Source of the DNA: Pseudomonadota bacterium
Lineage (GTDB): Bacteria; Pseudomonadota; Gammaproteobacteria; UBA4575
Length of the DNA: 64,000 bases
Assembly: GCA_039182865.1 (NCBI GenBank)
Contig: JBCDBX010000001.1
Location: 2,239 to 66,238, forward strand
Direction of reading: 5' to 3'
The position numbers were made by a program, and so were the translations under genes. Under the pieces are notes generated by a model. It searched no databases. It saw only the letters and a list, made by a program, of their open reading frames with translations, and was not told the origin of the DNA. Shown in pieces: positions 1 through 7,960 of the stretch; the stretch's first letter is position 1; the number at the start of each line of letters is the position of its first letter.

Positions 1-1
1 C

Positions 2-493
2 GCAAGTTGCCTAAGTACACAAGAATTTGTCGACGGAGAATTTTGCACGATCTATTTATCACCACGTGACTATCATCGCGTTCATATGGCTTATGACGCA
101 GAGCTGTTAGAAATGATCTATGTGCCAGGTCGCCTGTTTAGTGTTGCAGCTTACGCACCAAAAACAATTGATAAATTGTTTGCACGCAATGAGCGAGTAA
201 TTTCAATATTCAAATGCAAACATGGATACATGGCATCTGTCATGGTGGGAGCAGTTAATGTTGCCGCGATCGAGATGGTCTGGCAAGGTTTAATCACCCC
301 ACCACATTTAAGTACCGCCGTGCATTACAACTACACTGATAAGTCGATAAAGCTTCACAAAGGCGATCACATGGGCACATTTAATATGGGTTCGACTGTC
401 GTATTATTATTTTCAAAAGATTTCGCTAAATTTAGTGAGAATTTACATGTCGACCAAGCAGTAAAAATGGGCGAAACCATCGCAGCAAATTAA
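2..493 (+). CDS. psd: Phosphatidylserine decarboxylase proenzyme, C-terminal part; the 5' end lies upstream of the window
   Basis: The frame is open back to the window edge and reads ...IYLSPRDYHRVHMAYDAE.... That covers the Psd signature around the DYHR motif. The C-terminal FNMGSTVVLLF matches the Psd LGST self-cleavage region. Confidence 0.85.
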   Translation, partial: ASCLSTQEFVDGEFCTIYLSPRDYHRVHMAYDAELLEMIYVPGRLFSVAAYAPKTIDKLFARNERVISIFKCKHGYMASVMVGAVNVAAIEMVWQGLITPPHLSTAVHYNYTDKSIKLHKGDHMGTFNMGSTVVLLFSKDFAKFSENLHVDQAVKMGETIAAN

Positions 494-582
494 CTCAAAT
501 AATCTGCGTAAATTTAGAACTATTTCCAAATGGTGCTGTCGTATTTTATATGCACATTAATTCTACTAATAAGGAGAGCACC

Positions 583-663
583 ATGAAAGATAGCACAGCA
601 TTTCTTTATATGATCATCGCATTATTTTTAGTTGCGTTTGCTATTGGCTTTACGGCTGCGTAA
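583..663 (+). CDS. Small hydrophobic 26-aa ORF (MKDSTAFLYMIIALFLVAFAIGFTAA) with a strong Shine-Dalgarno sequence
   Basis: AAGGAGAG sits 7 nt upstream of the ATG. The ORF is a single predicted TM helix. It is too short for the ORF track. Confidence 0.3.
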   Translation: MKDSTAFLYMIIALFLVAFAIGFTAA

Positions 664-832
664 CAAAACTAACCTAATCTAGTGGGATGATTAGCATGCC
701 ACTGAATTCAATTTGAAATTTAATCCATCAAAATAAGGTCTATTTCTACAGCCAGTGCATTCACTTAGAATGCGCTGGCTTTTTGCATTATTTTCCCTAA
801 ATAGCCTTCAAATTTGTCAGAGGATTTCTGAA

Positions 833-1648
833 ATGAGTGATTGTAGTAATTCTAGCAATGTCGAAAATGATCGAGTTCGCAACAAAGTGCGTGAACGTTA
901 TGGAAAAGTCGCGGAAACTGGGCACTCAGATCTAGGAGGTTACTCTACCTCTAATTCATGTTGCGGCACACCTGATGTCGATGCCACATCAAAAGCCTTG
1001 GGTTACTCATTAGAAGAATTAGCCGCTGTGCCTGGTGGTGCAAACTTAGGCTTGGGCTGTGGCAATCCACAGGCAATCGCATCTATTAAGAATGGCGAGA
1101 CAGTACTTGATCTAGGTAGTGGTGCAGGTTTTGATGCTTTTCTAGCTGCCAAACAAGTTGGAGACGTGGGTCAAGTCATTGGTGTTGACATGACACCTTC
1201 CATGATCAGCAAGGCAAGGAACAATGCAAACGAAAGTAGTTTTACTAATGTTGATTTTCGTTTAGGAGAAATTGAAAACCTACCAGTCGCTAATGATGCA
1301 GTTGATGTGATTATTTCAAACTGCGTTATTAATTTATCGCCCAATAAACAACGAGTGTTTACGGAGGCATTTCGCGTTCTAAAACCTAAAGGACGATTAG
1401 CTATTTCTGATGTAGTGGCAACTGCCGAGCTTCCTGATGAAATGAAGAGTGATGTAGATTTATTAACGGGTTGCATGTCGGGAGCTTCGTTAATTACTGA
1501 TTTAGAATCAATGATTCAAAAGGCTGGATTCCAAGATATTAAAATTCAGCCAAAAAACGAGAGTAAAGAGTTTATAAAAGAATGGGCGTCCGAGCATAAT
1601 GTGACAGATTATGTTGTCTCCGCCACTATCGAAGCGACAAAAGCATAA
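833..1648 (+). CDS. arsM: Arsenite S-adenosylmethionine methyltransferase-like (ArsM/UbiE family)
   Basis: VRERYGKVAE N-motif; SAM-binding VLDLGSGAGFD; ArsM-type conserved cysteines (SCCG, ISNCVINLS, LTGCMSGA). The likely start is M27 of the ORF, with a GAGGA RBS upstream. The longer ORF from 755 is probably not translated. Confidence 0.6.
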   Translation: MSDCSNSSNVENDRVRNKVRERYGKVAETGHSDLGGYSTSNSCCGTPDVDATSKALGYSLEELAAVPGGANLGLGCGNPQAIASIKNGETVLDLGSGAGFDAFLAAKQVGDVGQVIGVDMTPSMISKARNNANESSFTNVDFRLGEIENLPVANDAVDVIISNCVINLSPNKQRVFTEAFRVLKPKGRLAISDVVATAELPDEMKSDVDLLTGCMSGASLITDLESMIQKAGFQDIKIQPKNESKEFIKEWASEHNVTDYVVSATIEATKA

Positions 1649-1690
1649 CAGTTATCAAACCAGTATATCTGGGAGTACTGGCTAACTTAT

Positions 1691-2383
1691 TTACTGAGCA
1701 GTAAAATACATATCACCATAATTTGCACTTGCACTTAGGCCAGTATTATCTGCATCAGTCATTACTGCTACACCATTAATTTCTTTTACATCAAAACCAA
1801 GATATTTTTTAATATCTTCATAGACATTAACTTTTTCCGTAAACCAAACTTGATGAGAATCTTCGCTTGATTTGATAGGGATCATGACTGCATTTTTTGT
1901 AAAAGCATTTGGCCAACTCTCATCAGGACTGTTATTACTTGACCAAATATAGTTTAACGCATAAGTATTCCAGGGAAATGCGCCACGCTTCATTACAACA
2001 TATACACGTGCCACATAATCATCACCTAATTTAGTCTCCTCATTCAGAGAGTTGTATTTTGAATTAGCCTTCCATGACCAATTCAGATAGGGATACTCTT
2101 GGATATTCACTTTCACTTTTTTATAAAAAGCCGAAGCTGATTGATTTGCCTCAGCTTGTAATGAGATTACGCCATCTTCATCTGAAAGTATGTACTGTGT
2201 ATTTCCTTCAAAGGATCTTGAATTCCAATCCATCAAATCATTTCCAGAAAAATTTCCAACAATAATTTTGTCATTATGTTTACTTGTACTACTAGCAGTT
2301 GGGGAAAAAATAAACAGAACCACAGCTACCAATAAGTAATAAATAAAGGCTTTCAAATATTTTTGCATTAATACTCCACTCAT
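1691..2383 (-). CDS. Secreted protein, DUF3047-like
   Basis: N-terminal signal peptide (LLVAVVLFIFSPTASS). A LNWSWKA segment resembles the DUF3047 LsWrWk motif. The family assignment is from memory only. Confidence 0.4.
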   Translation of the reverse strand: MSGVLMQKYLKAFIYYLLVAVVLFIFSPTASSTSKHNDKIIVGNFSGNDLMDWNSRSFEGNTQYILSDEDGVISLQAEANQSASAFYKKVKVNIQEYPYLNWSWKANSKYNSLNEETKLGDDYVARVYVVMKRGAFPWNTYALNYIWSSNNSPDESWPNAFTKNAVMIPIKSSEDSHQVWFTEKVNVYEDIKKYLGFDVKEINGVAVMTDADNTGLSASANYGDMYFTAQ

Positions 2384-2637
2384 TTAAGAATCACTCAGAA
2401 TAATTTTTGAACTACTAATGAGACCCGAAATATTAGAATTTGTTACAACTTATCTAATCACCATGGTTATAAAGGACTTAGTCAGTAGCAGAATTTAAGA
2501 CGAAAGATTAAATTTTTGTTACAAGTGACACTATTTTTGTCGATCCCGTCACAACTTCAAAAATATTTTGTGTCCAGGACAATATTTTCCATGCAGAATC
2601 TCAATCGATAAATTTTATTCAGAAAAAGGAAAGAGAA

Positions 2638-3396
2638 ATGCGAAAAACTATTTTTGCGCTGCTAGCATTGGCAGCATTATTAATAAGCACTGCCCAAGCG
2701 GCTACAACCCGGATTTATGATGTTACTTCTGCAGATGGTTCAGGCTCATCACATAGCCTTTGGTTTGCACCTCCAGGTGTACCAGGCTTAGGCCAAAACT
2801 TTCGATTTGATCCACCTTATTTACCTACAGGTGTTGGCACATTAGTTCTTGACGACATGGCAGAAACAGGCAAGCTAACCGGCAATGCTTTACATCCAAG
2901 CGAAGTAGGCACTGGTTGGATCATTGAATTCAACTATGACAAAAACTTCCCAGCCCCCTATGATCCGCCACAGTTTAAATCTGAAAATGGATCTGCTCCA
3001 GGCGCAGATATTGAATATTGGAACTTCTCAGGTGGCACATTGACTGGTGTCGGTTTGCTTGATGGCATCACTTTGGGTGTTTCATTATTGCCTGCGGATG
3101 GAAAATTTAACTTTCAAATTAGTTCAAGCATAGATGGTGTTAAACCAAGTGCTAACAATAAAAATACTAATTTTGGTGGCGCACATTGGGGTAAAGTCAC
3201 AAATGTAGAGATTAATCAGGACATTTGTTTTCAAAGCGCCTACTGCGAGGAAAATTTTGATGGTTTAAAAGAACTTCGCGGTCGACAAATTGATATCAAT
3301 GTGGATCTCACACCTGTCCCTGTTCCTGCTCCTCTTGCATTAATGCTTTCTGGCATTGCAGGTATGCTTGGATTTAGCCGTCGTAATAAGAGCTAA
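2638..3396 (+). CDS. Secreted protein with a C-terminal PEP-CTERM/VPLPA-CTERM-type sorting signal
   Basis: Signal peptide ending AQA-A. The C-terminus reads TPVPVPAP-LALMLSGIAGMLGF-SRRNKS, which is a Pro-rich motif, then a TM helix, then a basic tail. This is the architecture of exosortase-dependent sorting signals. Good RBS (AAAGGAAAGAG). Confidence 0.55.
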   Translation: MRKTIFALLALAALLISTAQAATTRIYDVTSADGSGSSHSLWFAPPGVPGLGQNFRFDPPYLPTGVGTLVLDDMAETGKLTGNALHPSEVGTGWIIEFNYDKNFPAPYDPPQFKSENGSAPGADIEYWNFSGGTLTGVGLLDGITLGVSLLPADGKFNFQISSSIDGVKPSANNKNTNFGGAHWGKVTNVEINQDICFQSAYCEENFDGLKELRGRQIDINVDLTPVPVPAPLALMLSGIAGMLGFSRRNKS

Positions 3397-3415
3397 ATCT
3401 ACAACTCATTTAAAC

Positions 3416-3455
3416 AAAAAAAAGCAGAGTATTTACTCTGCTTTTTTGTTTTTAG
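3416..3455. terminator. Bidirectional rho-independent terminator between convergent genes
   Basis: Perfect 8-bp stem GCAGAGTA/TACTCTGC (3424-3441), with an A-run on the left and a T6 run on the right. Confidence 0.7.
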
Positions 3456-3474
3456 CATGGCTTAATTTTTTTGC

Positions 3475-4134
3475 TTAATCTGAATTGATTTTCTGAGGTT
3501 TCCAACCGAGCTTCCAGTGGTTTTTCTTAACAATGACTGGTGGTCGACCATTATCGTAAAACCAGGAATCCACAACAAATTCTTCGTCTGATTCTTTTTC
3601 TTTAATTAGCACTGCAGTATGTGGATAACCAGCGGAGAAGCCTACTCGAGAAATGTAACCTTCTATAGTGTGCCATTTAAGCATATTTTCGCTCTCAAGT
3701 ATGCGCAAATAAGTATATGTATTTGATGATTCATCTATGCAGTCCATCTGATTGCTCTTAGATCTTTCTAACCCAAAGAGACTTGCATATGAACCCCCAA
3801 CATCAAACTGTGTATCCGTCATTCTACCCACTATAATTTCAAATTGGGCAACATATTCTGCAATTTGAATTCTTTCATGAGCAGCACTTAAATTGTTTAA
3901 CTCCCAATCAGAGGTCAACTTCTTCCATTCATTTCCAGTTAACGAGACTGATTGAATTTGCCGACAACCATGCTGATAACAAATCTTAAACTCCTCATAA
4001 CTGACTTCATTGGAAGATAAATCTAATGAGCTGTTTTGATAGCGCACAAAATTGGGCGACTTTGAAAAGACCAAAAAAGGAAAGCATAAAAGTAAAATAC
4101 TTAAAACTATGTATCGAATATTTAGTTTAAACAC
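3475..4134 (-). CDS. Periplasmic BTLCP-family (LapG-like, transglutaminase-like) cysteine protease
   Basis: Signal peptide. Cys-His-Asp triad in the characteristic BTLCP contexts and spacing: MDCIDES (versus GDCEDYA), PHTAVL (versus HAVL), VVDSW. The C-H gap is about 40 aa and the H-D gap is 16 aa. Confidence 0.55.
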   Translation of the reverse strand: MFKLNIRYIVLSILLLCFPFLVFSKSPNFVRYQNSSLDLSSNEVSYEEFKICYQHGCRQIQSVSLTGNEWKKLTSDWELNNLSAAHERIQIAEYVAQFEIIVGRMTDTQFDVGGSYASLFGLERSKSNQMDCIDESSNTYTYLRILESENMLKWHTIEGYISRVGFSAGYPHTAVLIKEKESDEEFVVDSWFYDNGRPPVIVKKNHWKLGWKPQKINSD

Positions 4135-4142
4135 TGAAATGA

Positions 4143-5135
4143 TTAATCAAGTAAATGAAGTTTTAAAAACTCTTTTGTATCAAGCAAGGCTTGGCTTGCC
4201 GCTTGCTTATTATATCCCGCCTTACCTTTGTATTGACTGCAGGCCTCTAGCACCTCAGCGACATTATCTTGGTAGATAGGCTTATTATTATAGATTTCAT
4301 AGAAATTATTTCGACTTTTTTCTTCAATCTTACAATTCGCAGGAACTTGAGCAGTGAGCGAAATTGGAAATGGGACTCTCGACAAAATAGGGTGATCAAA
4401 TGCATGTCGCGCTTTAGAATATTCTTTAATAGTAAATGTTGACTGATCTGCTTGACTAAAATCTTCAGTAATTAATTCTCTACAAGCCTTTAATGGTGTC
4501 ACAATATCTTTAGCTCCTGCCTGTATCAATACTGGTGCTCCTGTAGTCTTCATATTATTTATCGCCATTCCACACCATGGATAATAAGCAATATGTGCAT
4601 TAAATCTTAAATCAGTGTTCGTTGAAGCTGCTCTAACTTGATCAATGACTGAGTACATAGCAACAATCCCACCTTTAGAAAACCCCATAACTGCTACTTT
4701 GTTTTCATCAAACTCTGGATTAGTAGAAATATATTCGAGAGTTGCATAGGCATCTTTAATCATAGAGGCACTTGATACTAGCGTTTGATCACGTGATGTC
4801 TTACCTACATCACGTGGAGAAAAGCTATCAATTGCTAATGTAGCAATCCCCATATCTTTAAATTCGTTAGCGTATAGCCACTCTTGACTGCTTAAGCCCC
4901 ATGAACTATGCAATAGAACAATCGCAGGGTATGGAGGAGAGAAATACTGAGGATTAGGTAAGGTCAGCAATATATCGATCTCGCGTTCACTGACTGCATC
5001 ACCATAAAGCAATTGATCAATAAACTTGTAATCATGACTAACCACAGTAAAGATAGCATCGCTTTGCTCTTTAATTGGAGAACTACAAGCCACAATCAAC
5101 AATACGATGGATAATATCAGTATTCGAAAGCTCAT
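4143..5135 (-). CDS. Lipoprotein alpha/beta-hydrolase (dienelactone hydrolase / S9-like)
   Basis: Lipobox LLIVAC. Nucleophile elbow GFSKGG. His near the C-terminus (ARHAFDHP). The start codon is 2 nt after the epmA stop. Confidence 0.6.
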   Translation of the reverse strand: MSFRILILSIVLLIVACSSPIKEQSDAIFTVVSHDYKFIDQLLYGDAVSEREIDILLTLPNPQYFSPPYPAIVLLHSSWGLSSQEWLYANEFKDMGIATLAIDSFSPRDVGKTSRDQTLVSSASMIKDAYATLEYISTNPEFDENKVAVMGFSKGGIVAMYSVIDQVRAASTNTDLRFNAHIAYYPWCGMAINNMKTTGAPVLIQAGAKDIVTPLKACRELITEDFSQADQSTFTIKEYSKARHAFDHPILSRVPFPISLTAQVPANCKIEEKSRNNFYEIYNNKPIYQDNVAEVLEACSQYKGKAGYNKQAASQALLDTKEFLKLHLLD

Positions 5136-5137
5136 AT

Positions 5138-6076
5138 CTAAAAACTAAAACTAATTGAATCTTTTATATCAGACGAATTGATTATTAACATTAATACGCG
5201 ATCTAAACCCACAGCCACACCCGCACAATCAGGCAAGCCATGTTGTTGCGCTACAATGAGCCGATAATCTACGTCAATTTCGGGAAGCTTACGTTGCTTT
5301 CTAATATCCAGATCTGTTTGAAAACGATCAAGCTGTTCTTTATGATCCGTGAGCTCAACATAGCCATTCGCCAGTTCTAATTCACCACAAAAGATTTCAA
5401 ATCGCTCAGCTGTTTGCGGATTGTCTTGAGTTATTTTTGCAAGAACCGCCTGTGATGAAGGATATTGATATACTATTGTTAGTGAATTTTTATCAAAAGT
5501 TTTTGTAACACAACGTGTAAACACAAAATCTAATAATTGATCTTTAGAAAAAGACTGTTGGATTTGCAGACCATGTTCGGATGCAATAGATTTAAGTTTC
5601 TCATGAGTAAGCTCAGATAAACTTAAATCCATTACCTGCATACATGCTTGCTCATAGCTAATATAGCTGGGCTGATCTAACCTTGTAACAAGCAAACAGA
5701 TTAAGTTTGCTGCTTCTTGCATAATTTCCTGCAAAGAAAAAGTTTTTCGATACCACTCAAGCATGGTGAATTCAGGATTATGCAAAGGACCTTTTTCACT
5801 TTTACGAAATGATTTGCAGATTTGATAAATATCGGGACTTCCTGATGCAATTAAACGCTTCATAGCATATTCAGGTGAGGTTTGCAGATAATACTTTTCA
5901 TCACCTATCATCACCTCAAATGATTCGATATTGGGGTCCGTTACTGTATATCTATCAAGCAAAGGAGTTTCGACTTCTAGCAGGCCACGTTCAAGAAAAA
6001 ACTCGCGCACTTGCATAAACATTTGAGCTCGCAGCCTGAGGGTTTCTAATGTGGTATTCGGCTGCCAATTTTGCAT
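5138..6076 (-). CDS. epmA: EF-P--(R)-beta-lysine ligase (truncated class II LysRS paralog)
   Basis: 312 aa. MQNWQPNTTLETLRLRAQM...FLERGLLEVETPLL matches GenX/PoxA throughout. Confidence 0.9.
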   Translation of the reverse strand: MQNWQPNTTLETLRLRAQMFMQVREFFLERGLLEVETPLLDRYTVTDPNIESFEVMIGDEKYYLQTSPEYAMKRLIASGSPDIYQICKSFRKSEKGPLHNPEFTMLEWYRKTFSLQEIMQEAANLICLLVTRLDQPSYISYEQACMQVMDLSLSELTHEKLKSIASEHGLQIQQSFSKDQLLDFVFTRCVTKTFDKNSLTIVYQYPSSQAVLAKITQDNPQTAERFEIFCGELELANGYVELTDHKEQLDRFQTDLDIRKQRKLPEIDVDYRLIVAQQHGLPDCAGVAVGLDRVLMLIINSSDIKDSISFSF

Positions 6077-6172
6077 ATTAATTAAACTTGACGAGAGTCA
6101 CGATTTTTTAATTAAATTCTGAAACTCGATTTATTTTAGGGTCATAGCAAATATTAGTCGAGATAGAAAGAT

Positions 6173-6742
6173 CTATTCTTTTACACGCGATACATATTCA
6201 CCTGTTCGCGTGTCAATCTTGATCACTTCACCTTCTTCAACAAATAGCGGGACTTTCACCATAGCACCTGTTTCTAGCGTGGCGGGTTTTGTTGCGCCTT
6301 GGGCCGTATCCCCTTTCACCCCAGGATCGGACTGTGTGATTTTAAGTTCAACAAAATTTGGTGCACTCACGGATAGTGGTGCACCGTTATATAAAGTGAC
6401 AGTGCATACATCATTATCCTTCAACCACTTTGCAGAATCGGCTACTGCAGTGGCATCCGCTGCATGCTGTTCATAGGTCTCTGGATGCATGAAATGCCAT
6501 TGCTCGCCATCGTTATACAAGTACTGCATATCAGTTTCCATGACATCGGCACCTTCGACACTATCTCCGGACTTGAATGTGCGATCAACTACACGACCAG
6601 TTTTTAAATTGCGCACTTTCACGCGATTAAATGCCTGACCTTTACCGGGCTTGACGAATTCATTTTCGACGATTGTGTAGGGATCGCCATCCAACATGAT
6701 TTTCAAACCTGACTTGAATTCATTTGTACTGTAGCTAGCCAT
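6173..6742 (-). CDS. efp: Translation elongation factor P
   Basis: 189 aa. Near-identical motifs to E. coli EF-P, including KPGKGQAF, which carries the beta-lysylated Lys. Confidence 0.95.
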   Translation of the reverse strand: MASYSTNEFKSGLKIMLDGDPYTIVENEFVKPGKGQAFNRVKVRNLKTGRVVDRTFKSGDSVEGADVMETDMQYLYNDGEQWHFMHPETYEQHAADATAVADSAKWLKDNDVCTVTLYNGAPLSVSAPNFVELKITQSDPGVKGDTAQGATKPATLETGAMVKVPLFVEEGEVIKIDTRTGEYVSRVKE

Positions 6743-6771
6743 AGAGATACTTCTAAATTGAAAGACGCGCT

Positions 6772-7758
6772 ATGATAGCGCGCATGCAAAGCTTGGAACA
6801 TACCCCTGACTGGAAAAAAATATTCGCAAGCGAATATGTTGGCATGACTAATCTCGATTATTCATGTCTGGATATTAGTCAAGATGAACTTAAAGATATA
6901 AACACCCTCTTTCCAGTTCAACTCACGCAATCACTTTTAAGAAATCATTCCGCTAACAGCAAAGTACTGCGACAGTATTTACCAAGCAGACAAGAATTGA
7001 TTAACCCTGTTGGCTACAATATTGACCCAGTTGGTGATCAACAGGCAACTCAACAAGATGGCATCATTAAAAAGTACAAAAATCGAGTCTTGTTGATAAC
7101 AACACATACCTGTCCAGTTCATTGCAGATACTGTTTTCGAAAAGATTACCCTTATGTAAAAGATAACCCAAACTCACATCACTTTAAAAATGCTATATCT
7201 TTTATTGAAAAAGATTCCAGCATAAATGAGGTAATACTAAGTGGAGGAGACCCGCTCAGCTTACAAGATGAGATGCTCTCACAATTATTCAAGACCCTTG
7301 AAAATATTCCTCACGTAAAGACTATTCGGATACATACAAAATTTCCCTCTATCATTCCTGAAAGACTTACCAATAAATTTTTAACTATGCTAGAAAAATG
7401 TAAGATAAATACAATCTGTGTATTTCATATCAATCATCCAGAAGAAATTACTAATAAGTTTTTTATCGTAGCTAAAAATATTCAAGCAACTGGAACAATC
7501 ATGCTGAATCAGTCTGTATTATTAAAAGACGTTAACGACGATCACAAAATTTTAATTGAGCTGTCACATAAATTATTTTCTGCAGGGACACTCCCCTATT
7601 ACCTACACATGCTTGACCCAGCGCGTGGCACGCATCATTTTCACGTAGAGAAGCGACAAGCAGAAGCAATTCTAGATTGTATGAAAAAAGAACTTCCTGG
7701 CTATTTAGTGCCCAAACTTGCTCAAGAAATAGCCGGAGAAATGAGCAAAATCTATTGA
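6772..7758 (+). CDS. epmB: EF-P beta-lysylation protein, lysine 2,3-aminomutase-like radical SAM enzyme
   Basis: CPVHCRYCFR radical-SAM CxxxCxxC motif. Divergent from efp, as in E. coli. Confidence 0.9.
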   Translation: MIARMQSLEHTPDWKKIFASEYVGMTNLDYSCLDISQDELKDINTLFPVQLTQSLLRNHSANSKVLRQYLPSRQELINPVGYNIDPVGDQQATQQDGIIKKYKNRVLLITTHTCPVHCRYCFRKDYPYVKDNPNSHHFKNAISFIEKDSSINEVILSGGDPLSLQDEMLSQLFKTLENIPHVKTIRIHTKFPSIIPERLTNKFLTMLEKCKINTICVFHINHPEEITNKFFIVAKNIQATGTIMLNQSVLLKDVNDDHKILIELSHKLFSAGTLPYYLHMLDPARGTHHFHVEKRQAEAILDCMKKELPGYLVPKLAQEIAGEMSKIY

Positions 7759-7922
7759 ATCTAACTTACTATTTCTTAGATGTTTATCCAAAACTCTTAC
7801 TATCTCATCACCCAGAATTTGTTGCTTAAACCGTCATTTTTTTGTTTATCTCGATAGGCGGACAGCCTCATCCGATAGGTAGCTAAGGTTCCTGCCGCTT
7901 TTTCAAGGGTCACACTATAAAA

Positions 7923-7944
7923 TTGATGAACAGGAACACATCAA
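7923..7944 (+). promoter_or_regulatory. Inverted repeat TTGATG-N10-CATCAA 17 nt upstream of the 7961 start codon (candidate operator)
   Basis: The 6-bp arms are perfect reverse complements. It overlaps a TATAAAAT -10-like element (7916-7923), and an AAGGGAA RBS follows it. Confidence 0.3.
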
Positions 7945-7960
7945 AATTTAAGGGAATATC

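Noticed and set aside
1649-1690. Inverted repeat CCAGTA-N10-TACTGG between the convergent arsM-like and DUF3047 genes as a terminator
   Set aside because: Short stem and no flanking T or A tract. Not convincing as an intrinsic terminator.
7857-7903. Imperfect hairpin and CGATAGG direct repeats followed by TTTTT after epmB
   Set aside because: The stem needs a bulge and a 27-nt loop. It is plausible as a weak terminator but too degenerate to annotate with confidence.
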